A stretch of DNA of 64,000 nucleotides. It comes from Patescibacteria group bacterium. GTDB lineage: Bacteria; Patescibacteriota; Saccharimonadia; UBA4664. The notes under the pieces are model-generated. The model was given only the letters and a program-made list of their open reading frames with translations, was not told the DNA's origin and searched no databases. The DNA lies in NCBI GenBank assembly GCA_028288925.1, contig JAQGHG010000019.1, positions 72,047-136,046 on the forward strand, read 5' to 3'. A program made the translations under genes and the position numbers. Shown piece by piece: positions 56,221-64,000 of the stretch (position 1 is the stretch's first letter; every line of letters starts with the position of its first letter).

Positions 56221-57996
56221 CTAATAATCTGCCGCCACCCGCGCTACTTCTTCGAGCGTCGTGAAGCCATTGAGCACTTTTAGATAGCCGTCTTGCTTCA
56301 TCGTCAGCATGCCGTCGGCCGTCGCCTGGTTTTGGATTTCGCTCGTGGTAGCGTGCCGCAACAATAATTTCTCCATATGCTCGGTCATGGAAAATACTTC
56401 GTAAATCCCAATCCGGCCCTTATAGCCCTTCACGCATTTGCTGCAACCCTTGGCCACATAGATCGGAAACTCCGGCAGATCCGCCAAAGGTAGTTCCTCA
56501 TAGCCCAAATCCTTCTTGGCCTTCTCCATCTCTTCCTTGGCCTTCGGCAATACCGCTCCCAGCGTAGCAATGATCGACTTTGTCTCGCTCTCGCCGCTCT
56601 TGGCCTGCACCTTGCAGTGCTCGCAAAGCTTACGCACCAGCCGCTGGCCAATCACCGTGTTGATTGTACTAGCGATCAAAAACGGCTCGATGCCCATATC
56701 CAGCATACGCGGGAGCACCCCGGCCCCCGAGTTGGTGTGCAGCGTGCTCAGCACCACGTGTCCCGTCAGCGCCGCCTGGATAGCCAAATCCGCCGTCTCT
56801 TTGTCCCGGATCTCCCCTACCAGCACAATATTTGGGTCCTGCCGCAGTATACTGCGCAATCCGCTGGCAAACGTCAGCCCCACATCCGTGTTGATCTGAA
56901 TCTGATTAATCCCGTCCATCTTGTACTCTACGGGGTCTTCGAGCGTCACGATGTTTACCGACACATCCTTGAGCTCCTGCACGATCGCGTACAACGTGGT
57001 GCTCTTACCCGAGCCGGTCGGGCCGGTACTAAGCGTCATGCCGTGCGGCTTATGAATACCATCGGCGATCACCCGCAGCGACCGCCCCCGGAAGCCCAGC
57101 GCGTCCAGGGTGAGGATGCTCGAGTCCTTGTCCAGCAACCGGATCACCACCTGCTCACCCCACACCACGGGCGAGATCGCGATACGCAGGTCAATCTCGT
57201 TGTTCTCGGAGCTAATCTGAAACTGCCCGTCCTGCGGTACCCGGTGTTCATCAATCCGCAAGTTCGCCAAAATCTTAATGCGCGAAATCAGCGCCGGCTC
57301 AATACTCTTGGGCAGCGTCATAGTCTCCTGCAAGATGCCGTCGATCCGGTAGCGAATCTTCAGCTCCTTCTCGCGCGGCTCGATGTGAATATCGGAAGCG
57401 TGGCTCTGCGCCGCGTAGTCCAAAATCGCGTTCAATGCACGGGTAATCGGCGCGTCCTGCACCAAATTCTGCAAATCCTTGGGGCTCTTCGTCTCTGCCT
57501 GCGGATGATCGTCCACCCGCTCCACATCCATCGCGGCCGAGAGGTCCGCCGCCACATCGCTGCGAAACTCCGCCAAAATATGGTCGATCGACGCCCGCGA
57601 AGCCAAATACACCGTGACGGTATGCCCCATCTTGCGGCTCAAGAAGTCCACCGCCTGAATGTTCGTCGGGTCGAGCATGCCCACCGCCAACCGGCCCTGC
57701 TGCATACCGAACGGCACGGCCATATACGTCTCGGCCATCTCCCGCGGCAACATCCGGGTAATGTCTTCCGGCGCGCTAATCTGCGTCAAGTTTACATACG
57801 GGAAACCCATAGCCTTGGCCGAAATCCGCGTCAAATCCTCCTCGCCTACCAAGTTTTTCTCGGCGATATAGGCAATAAGAGGCTTCGACTCCTTTAAGGC
57901 GTCGACTTTTGCTACTTCCAGCTGAGCTTTATCGAGCAGCTTGTTAGTGAGCAGCAGTTCTTCAATTTTATGCTGACTCTCAACGGAGAGCATCAA
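56221..57996 (-). CDS. pilB: type IV pilus assembly ATPase (GspE family) with N-terminal GSPII_E_N domain and Cys4 zinc site
   Basis: Walker A TGPTGSGKSTTL, CEHC...CSKC tetracysteine, 591 aa. Confidence 0.85.
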   Translation of the reverse strand: MMLSVESQHKIEELLLTNKLLDKAQLEVAKVDALKESKPLIAYIAEKNLVGEEDLTRISAKAMGFPYVNLTQISAPEDITRMLPREMAETYMAVPFGMQQGRLAVGMLDPTNIQAVDFLSRKMGHTVTVYLASRASIDHILAEFRSDVAADLSAAMDVERVDDHPQAETKSPKDLQNLVQDAPITRALNAILDYAAQSHASDIHIEPREKELKIRYRIDGILQETMTLPKSIEPALISRIKILANLRIDEHRVPQDGQFQISSENNEIDLRIAISPVVWGEQVVIRLLDKDSSILTLDALGFRGRSLRVIADGIHKPHGMTLSTGPTGSGKSTTLYAIVQELKDVSVNIVTLEDPVEYKMDGINQIQINTDVGLTFASGLRSILRQDPNIVLVGEIRDKETADLAIQAALTGHVVLSTLHTNSGAGVLPRMLDMGIEPFLIASTINTVIGQRLVRKLCEHCKVQAKSGESETKSIIATLGAVLPKAKEEMEKAKKDLGYEELPLADLPEFPIYVAKGCSKCVKGYKGRIGIYEVFSMTEHMEKLLLRHATTSEIQNQATADGMLTMKQDGYLKVLNGFTTLEEVARVAADY

Positions 57997-58070
57997 TCAC
58001 CTCCTCTGCGGAGCGGGAAGGAGCGAGCCCCGACGAAGCTATACACCGTCCGCTCATATCGTACCTCCCC

Positions 58071-58325
58071 TTATTGACCGAAGGGCGCGGGGTTATTCAA
58101 GCCGGTCGTCAGATCCAGCGACACCCCAAAATCCCGCACCTTACTACCGTCAGTTACCTTCGCCAGAGCAGCGCTATCAAAATTCTCACTTACCACGCCC
58201 ACCACTTCTACCTGGGGAATCGCCGCTTTCTTATTCTGCGGTACCAGCTGGGTGTAACCTAAATATCCCGCTACCAGCAAAATACCCACCGCCAGCAGCA
58301 TATACATGATGTCTTTGCTCTTCAT
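58071..58325 (-). CDS. small single-TM pilus-locus protein
   Basis: 84 aa, one TM (YMLLAVGILLVAGYL); located between pilO and pilB. Confidence 0.5.
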   Translation of the reverse strand: MKSKDIMYMLLAVGILLVAGYLGYTQLVPQNKKAAIPQVEVVGVVSENFDSAALAKVTDGSKVRDFGVSLDLTTGLNNPAPFGQ

Positions 58326-58969
58326 TATTTCACCGCCTCCATCCTAAACGGCACCGTCGCCTTGTCCTGGTAATACGTCGTGCCTTCGAACTGCACCGCC
58401 AAACTACCACCCGAACCGCTCAGCTGCAATGACGTCACCTTGACCGGTCGGGCCGACGCCTCCAGATTGGCGATCAGGCGCTGAAACGAGGCGAACGTGC
58501 CGTCAAATGCCGCGTTAAAGCTCGATGTCTGAGGCGTAGGCGCGACACCGCGCGTACTGGCCGCGACCGGAGCCGCGCCACCAGCTACCGGCACCGTAGT
58601 CGCCACAGCCGCACCCGAGCTCGGGGCGATCGACTTCAGCGTAATCCCCGATTCCGCGCTCAGATTCTCCATCATGGCTATCAAGCCCGGAAAATCCGGT
58701 TCGGTCGGAAGAGAGTCCGCGATCAACGCGTTCATCGTCCCCAGAGCCTTAAAGTTCTCCACCAGCTTGGGCGCCGCCACCAAATTCTTCTCCAACTGCG
58801 TACTAGCCTTATTCTTGGCCGTCAGAACCTTCCCATCGCGCACAATGCTACCAATCAGCATTTTGGCCCCCACTCCGGTCACGCCAAGCACCAAAAGCGT
58901 TATCAGCAGTATTACGATGAAATAATTATTGTTCGACAATTCCTGCCGGGCTTTAGTACTAGTTGCCAT
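58325..58969 (-). CDS. pilO: type IV pilus assembly protein PilO-like
   Basis: Single TM after N-terminal cytoplasmic tail, coiled-coil, position after pilN. Confidence 0.65.
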   Translation of the reverse strand: MATSTKARQELSNNNYFIVILLITLLVLGVTGVGAKMLIGSIVRDGKVLTAKNKASTQLEKNLVAAPKLVENFKALGTMNALIADSLPTEPDFPGLIAMMENLSAESGITLKSIAPSSGAAVATTVPVAGGAAPVAASTRGVAPTPQTSSFNAAFDGTFASFQRLIANLEASARPVKVTSLQLSGSGGSLAVQFEGTTYYQDKATVPFRMEAVK

Positions 58970-59543
58970 GGGTCACTCCCGCGTCAAGCGTCGCGTTCAA
59001 GGTAAAACTCACCTGATTATTACTCCGGCTCACAGATTGTAACGAAACATTGGTAAAGTAAGCCGCATTGGCCGTACTCGCTTGTTTGCCCAACGACACA
59101 TGGTTAGCTTCCAAGGCTCGGGCAAGCTTCGCTACCGCTTCATACGTCTTACCGGAGCCGTTAACCGTCAGCACATTTGAGGCGTCCATGGTGAGGCTCG
59201 TAAGCGTAATGTCGGCCGGATTAGACTCAGTGTAGACTTCAAAAAACTTAGTCAAATACGTGCGCTGGGCATACAAGGCCGGCAGCGCCGCCAGGTGCTC
59301 CTGCGCCGTCAAGGCGTCTACTAGCCCGGGAGTTGCTTCGAGCTTCGCCTCATTAGCCGTGATCTTCTTGGTCTGCGCGTCAATGATCAACTTCTGACTT
59401 CCCTCGTACAGGCCCATTAGCAATATCGCCGCGCCACACACCGACCAAATGGTCACCGCTATCCCGCCGGCTAGCTGACGCCGCCGCCGGTCGCGCAGCT
59501 TAACCTGCCGGGTATCGGGTAAAAGGTTGATCAAGACACTCAT
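58959..59543 (-). CDS. pilN: type IV pilus assembly protein PilN
   Basis: N-terminal INLLP motif then TM; 194 aa. Confidence 0.75.
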   Translation of the reverse strand: MSVLINLLPDTRQVKLRDRRRRQLAGGIAVTIWSVCGAAILLMGLYEGSQKLIIDAQTKKITANEAKLEATPGLVDALTAQEHLAALPALYAQRTYLTKFFEVYTESNPADITLTSLTMDASNVLTVNGSGKTYEAVAKLARALEANHVSLGKQASTANAAYFTNVSLQSVSRSNNQVSFTLNATLDAGVTHGN

Positions 59544-60580
59544 TACATGTACTCCCGGCCAGCCAGGCCTACCGCGGCCGCGTACTCACTCGAGAGGCCC
59601 AGCAGCTTATCTTGCAAATTCGAGGGATACGATACGTTCACCCAAGCATTACCAAACTCTACCGGCAGGCCCGTCGAGTTGGCCAAGAACGGCCCTAATT
59701 CGGGCAAAATCGAGGCCGAACCCGTCACTACCAGCTTCTCCAGCTTCACGTCGGGGTACCGGGTAGTAAAGAATTTAGCCGAATTCTCAATCTCCGACAC
59801 GAGGTTGTCCAGCGTCGGCTTGATCGCCTTGTATACCTGGCCTTCCAGCTTGCTCTGTGTCAATCCAAACTTGTAGGTAAACTGATTGGCTTGAACCTCA
59901 TCGAGACCGAGATTCTGCGCCACGGAGCGCACTAGCGTCAAACCACCCACCGACACGCTGCGAATCAGCCGCGGCGTGTTGTTGTAAACGATGGAAATAT
60001 CCGAATCCAGCGAGCCCAGATCCACGATCGCCACCGCCAGATTTCCAGTCGGCACCAGCGCCCGTGCCGTCGCGATCGCGTTCGCCTCCAGCGCCAGCGG
60101 CTCCAAACCGGCCTTCTCCAAAATTCCCACATACTTCTCTACCACGCTATTGGGCGCGGCCACCAGCAAAACTTCCAGATTCTTTCCGTCTTTCGACTGG
60201 TCGATTACCGTCCAGTCCAGTTTGACCTGGCCAATCGCCATCGGTATATACTGCTCAGCCTGATAGCGAATTGCCTTGGCCAGCTGCGCGTTATCCAGCT
60301 TAGGAGTAGTTATGGCCGTCGCGAACACCTTCGTGGAAGGCAGTCCCACCACTACATTCTTGGTCGATACATGGTTTTCACGCACCAGCTGGCGCACCAA
60401 CTCCGAAACCTTATCCTGATCCATCTTGGAGTCGCTCGTGGTCACATTATTGGGCGCCTCGACTCCGCCATACGCGAGGAGAGCCGGGTGCGTTCCACCA
60501 CGACGCAACTGCACGAGACGAATCGCACTGGAGCCGATGTCCAGACCAAAATATTCAGTTTCTTTAACAAAGAGACCCAT
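59543..60580 (-). CDS. pilM: type IV pilus assembly ATPase-fold protein PilM
   Basis: Actin-like ATPase fold, N-terminal GLDIGSSAIRLV; 345 aa. Confidence 0.85.
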   Translation of the reverse strand: MGLFVKETEYFGLDIGSSAIRLVQLRRGGTHPALLAYGGVEAPNNVTTSDSKMDQDKVSELVRQLVRENHVSTKNVVVGLPSTKVFATAITTPKLDNAQLAKAIRYQAEQYIPMAIGQVKLDWTVIDQSKDGKNLEVLLVAAPNSVVEKYVGILEKAGLEPLALEANAIATARALVPTGNLAVAIVDLGSLDSDISIVYNNTPRLIRSVSVGGLTLVRSVAQNLGLDEVQANQFTYKFGLTQSKLEGQVYKAIKPTLDNLVSEIENSAKFFTTRYPDVKLEKLVVTGSASILPELGPFLANSTGLPVEFGNAWVNVSYPSNLQDKLLGLSSEYAAAVGLAGREYM

Positions 60581-60645
60581 TACTCAAATTTTACCATAAC
60601 CATTATGTAAGTGAAATATAAACATGTACCGAAGCGCCCAAATCC

Positions 60646-62901
60646 TCAATTTAATGGCGGCCTCTCACCCTGAGTCTGGAGCAAGTTAATCGTCGCGGCA
60701 CTATCAAACAAGATGGGTGGGTTCAAATATAGTTGGCCCGTCAGATTAATCCGCTCACCTACGGTGGCCTGGGAGACCGAAACCAACGGCCCCAGCCGCC
60801 GGAACGATATATCACGCGCCATCAGGAAGCCGTTCACGAGCAACATATTCTGGCAGGCCGCGGCCTGCCCCTCTTTACAGGTATTAATCGTACCGTTAGA
60901 GAACAGGTAAGCATCCACCTGGGTCGCGGCGCCGTCAATGAGCAAATCATTCGCGGCGATAATACCCATCGAGGGAACATTAGCCCCAATGGTACTAGTG
61001 GTACCCAGGGTAAGCGGACCATCAACCTCGACCCTACCGGCCAGCACGACGATCGTAATCTTGTTGTGGAACTGGCCGTGGAGCTTCACCACTTGGCTAT
61101 CCAGCGGCCCAGGCGGGTATCCACCCGTCACGAAGTACGCGCCCGCCGCCAAATTGGTCACATCGATGTTGGGGAAAGTTGAGATCGAGTTCAGCGAAGT
61201 ATACGGCGAACCATTGTTGAGATACATCGTCGCGAGACTCACCAGATCGGGCCGGCAAATCGCGTAGTAATTTCCCAGGTTCCCAGAGTTGCCAAGGGTC
61301 GCTGCCGATCCACCCGGCTTATTATTCGAGCCAAAACCGCTCACCGAGCCGCTCGCGCTTACCACGTACTCCCCCACCGAAGTCGACTGGGAGTGGCCAT
61401 GGATGGTATTGCTGTTGTTTATGAGCGCCGGACCGCACAAACCACCCCCGGCGTGCACATCACCACTCTGCCCAATGATCGCGGGGTAATGAGGCGATGC
61501 CACGTTAAACGAAATGCTGGAACGGGCCGGCGCACCGCCGCTCGGCGTCACGTCCTCATTGAAGGTTATGGTCTGGCCGTCACAAGCCGGGTTCACGGTA
61601 TAGACAAAGGTATTGGCATTCGAATCCGCGCCATTATTTACTTTCCGTGCCGGCCAGGTCAGCACCCCGCCATAACCCGCGCCGTTACGCCCGGTAATGG
61701 CAGCGCCGGGCAGAGGAGCCGACGAGACATATTTGGCGCATATCGGCAACGTCACCTTCATGGTCACCATCTCGCTCGTATCGGGACCATTGTTGTGCAT
61801 CCGCGGATTGAGCGTATATCGTGTAATCCCATCGCCTCGTAGCGGTCCGGGTGGCTGCAGCGTACCCGCGGGCGCCACTATGCGAGCTGTCATTTGGTAG
61901 CACTTCTTGATGTAGTTGTAGCTATCAAACGGCATCCACAGCTCCACCCCATTGCGCGAATCCACATGGTGCCACGTCCAGGTGTATTTATGCCCTCGAA
62001 TAAACGTCTCACTCCGCTTCTTGCCCTGGCTGTTGCCACCCAACTGGGCGTTCGACAGGCTATCCACCTGCTGGTTGAGCGTATCATCATGCAAATCCCA
62101 TGAGATATAACCACTCTGGTTACCGGCGCCGGCATCGGCGTCGTACCACTGCATATCCTTCTTGACCGTAGCGGTGCCCAAGTCACAATCCGGCGCGAAC
62201 TGGAACTTAAAGTCGCTATGCGTGTACGGCGGGCTCAAATCCATCGGCCGCTGAATTACCGCCAACGGGAACGATGCCGTATCCTGAGCGTTGTAGGTCA
62301 CGTAGGCCCCAGCCCCGTTCACATCTACCTTAAAGGCGTTCAAGCCACCGGCGTACTTCCCGCCCGGACTCGGATCCACCCAATACACCTTTACCCGCAC
62401 CAAATGATTCCCTTGGTCATCGGCCGCCACCACCGGCAGGCCCGCCAGGCTAATCGTGCTCCAGCCGTTCACCGTCATATTCCAACCGTTCACCACCTTG
62501 GGGGCGCCTACCAGCGCGCCGTTCGCGTTCAAGGTCTGAAACTCATACTTCACCTGCAATTCCCGCGCCGGCGCCCGGTTGCAGGCGCCCGAATCCGGCG
62601 TGCTGGGGCTGTCGTAGTTACCGCCCCGGCCGCCGCTGCAATACCCGCCGTCGAAGATCCGCACCGAATTCGGATTACCCGGGTAAATCAGCTTCACATA
62701 CGTCGTCGGAGCGTTCAAAAACGAGCTGCCGCCATAGCGCGACACCACCAAGAAGTGGCTGTTGTTATCGTCGGGCAACGTGCCGGAGATGGCCTGCACG
62801 CTCAAGGCTCCCGCCACCGCGCTGGCCACCGATACGACCGCCACCAGCAAAATCTGGGCCAGTCTAGTCTTTGGATGCAATCGTTGCCACAGCCGCATCA
62901 T
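60646..62901 (-). CDS. large secreted protein at head of type IV pilus locus; C-terminal domain paralogous to 10703..12637 product
   Basis: Signal peptide MMRLWQRLHPKTRLAQILLVAVVSVASAVAGALSVQA; C-terminal about 280 aa (60646..61490) aligns with first paralog at roughly half of positions by eye. Confidence 0.7.
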   Translation of the reverse strand: MMRLWQRLHPKTRLAQILLVAVVSVASAVAGALSVQAISGTLPDDNNSHFLVVSRYGGSSFLNAPTTYVKLIYPGNPNSVRIFDGGYCSGGRGGNYDSPSTPDSGACNRAPARELQVKYEFQTLNANGALVGAPKVVNGWNMTVNGWSTISLAGLPVVAADDQGNHLVRVKVYWVDPSPGGKYAGGLNAFKVDVNGAGAYVTYNAQDTASFPLAVIQRPMDLSPPYTHSDFKFQFAPDCDLGTATVKKDMQWYDADAGAGNQSGYISWDLHDDTLNQQVDSLSNAQLGGNSQGKKRSETFIRGHKYTWTWHHVDSRNGVELWMPFDSYNYIKKCYQMTARIVAPAGTLQPPGPLRGDGITRYTLNPRMHNNGPDTSEMVTMKVTLPICAKYVSSAPLPGAAITGRNGAGYGGVLTWPARKVNNGADSNANTFVYTVNPACDGQTITFNEDVTPSGGAPARSSISFNVASPHYPAIIGQSGDVHAGGGLCGPALINNSNTIHGHSQSTSVGEYVVSASGSVSGFGSNNKPGGSAATLGNSGNLGNYYAICRPDLVSLATMYLNNGSPYTSLNSISTFPNIDVTNLAAGAYFVTGGYPPGPLDSQVVKLHGQFHNKITIVVLAGRVEVDGPLTLGTTSTIGANVPSMGIIAANDLLIDGAATQVDAYLFSNGTINTCKEGQAAACQNMLLVNGFLMARDISFRRLGPLVSVSQATVGERINLTGQLYLNPPILFDSAATINLLQTQGERPPLN

Positions 62902-63118
62902 GGTTAGAATGGGTCCTTGCCCACGGTCGGGTTGGGAAAATGCGCCACATAATACTGCCAAGCGGCATAGCCGGCGCCACCGATCAGAAACGACACCAAC
63001 ACCACCCCCACGATAACAATCAAAAACTTATGACTCTTCGCAGGCTGAACTACCTGGGGCATCCCGTTACTCACCTTAATATTCTTATGCTACCACAGGC
63101 CTAGTGCTTTAACAGGCC

Positions 63119-64000
63119 CTAATTCCCCCGGTCGGTTCCTAGTATCACGATAAAATCCGCCGTCGGATATGCCCGCTTCAAAGTATCATCTGTGGCTATA
63201 TGAGGACCAAATAGCCCCTTGAGCAGGCTTGATGTAGCCGGTTTATGCGCCTGTAAATTATCTATAATCTCGCTCGTTGGGTACTCACCTGTTGCCGTCT
63301 CATACGCTATCACCTGTACGCCTTTGGATTCCAGGCTAGCAGCTTGCTGCTTGGCCAGGCCGCTCACCCCGCTACCGTTAAGCACCACCACCTTAGCCCC
63401 CTCCTTTACCACCGGATCACGCGAGGTAAGCTGGCGCAAATAGCGTTGAATATCGCCAAAATCATCCACCCCGGCCGCCGGCGCCAAGGCCGCCTGACCA
63501 TCACTCGTCGTATAGTTCACTACCAGCGGGCTAGTGCCGTCCGTCAGCGCCAACGACTGGATCTTGCCGCTGTCAATCTTGCTGCCCAAGTCGTAGAGCC
63601 GCCGCAGTTCATTAGTCTGAAAATCCGTCTTTACATTACTGCCTAGGGCGTCCAGAAGCTGCCCAATCTTCAGCGGGTTAGACATCACCCCGGCCGACAG
63701 AATCTTGGTCTTAAGCGCCAGGAGCATCAAACGCTGGTTGGCCGCCCGGTCAAAATCGCCCTTCGGCAAGCCATATCCATACCGGCCGTCCGGCGTGGGG
63801 TCGTTACGTGCCCGCGCCAGATTAAGCGCCGTCTGGCCGTCCAAGTGCTGGAGGCCGTTTTTCAAAACCAACGGCCCTTTATCGGCCTTAGCAATATTCG
63901 GGTCGTAAATCCCCCTCGGATCCGCACTCGCGACCGTTATATCAATACCACCCACGGCGTCCACCGACTGCTTAAAAGCCGTATAGTTCACCAAAGCGTA
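63119..64000 (-). CDS. LytR-CpsA-Psr (LCP) family protein, 5' end beyond window
   Basis: FKQSVDAVGGIDI and GQTALNLARARNDPTPDG LCP core motifs plus LytR_C-like C-terminus; reading frame stays open to window edge (track M is a GTG). Confidence 0.7.
   Translation of the reverse strand, partial: YALVNYTAFKQSVDAVGGIDITVASADPRGIYDPNIAKADKGPLVLKNGLQHLDGQTALNLARARNDPTPDGRYGYGLPKGDFDRAANQRLMLLALKTKILSAGVMSNPLKIGQLLDALGSNVKTDFQTNELRRLYDLGSKIDSGKIQSLALTDGTSPLVVNYTTSDGQAALAPAAGVDDFGDIQRYLRQLTSRDPVVKEGAKVVVLNGSGVSGLAKQQAASLESKGVQVIAYETATGEYPTSEIIDNLQAHKPATSSLLKGLFGPHIATDDTLKRAYPTADFIVILGTDRGN

Overview
High-GC (about 60%) bacterial chromosome segment, densely coded and mostly on the minus strand. The gene content fits a monoderm, Gram-positive-type or CPR/Chloroflexi-like organism (lipid II amidation murT/gatD; type IV pilus locus with pilM/N/O but no secretin; LCP-family protein; PrsA-like foldase); the phylum cannot be assigned from sequence alone.

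Housekeeping genes: mntH, gatD-murT, miaA, thrS, nadD, an adenylate-kinase-like gene, nrdR, rplY, serA-serC, ndk, an M16 peptidase, a DedA protein, a XerC/D-like recombinase and seven tRNAs (Val-GAC, Val-CAC, Gly-CCC, Thr-CGT, Asp-GTC, Arg-CCT). No rRNA genes and no CRISPR array were seen.

Notable accessory content:
1. A roughly 14 kb minus-strand type IV pilus locus, with a PIG-L deacetylase inserted between pilB and pilT.
2. A 771-aa secreted protein heading that locus, whose C-terminal roughly 280 aa is paralogous to the C-terminus of a second secreted protein (10703..12637). The second protein sits beside a small membrane-anchored TPR-like protein and two tandem CdaR/PucR-type regulators.
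3. A GT2 plus GT4 envelope-glycan cluster.
4. A Y-family DNA polymerase translationally coupled to a small upstream ORF.
5. An alkyltransferase-like protein (Trp in the active-site motif) coupled to miaA.
6. A small protein with two SANT/Myb-like repeats.
7. A two-component sensor kinase and response regulator pair.
8. A lower-GC stretch next to tRNA-Arg encoding hypothetical proteins.
9. A short palindromic repeat family (GGAGGCTCC, 17-bp period) at three intergenic sites.
10. A 45-bp element present twice.

Many long alternative-frame ORFs in the six-frame track are high-GC artefacts; they were not called as genes.
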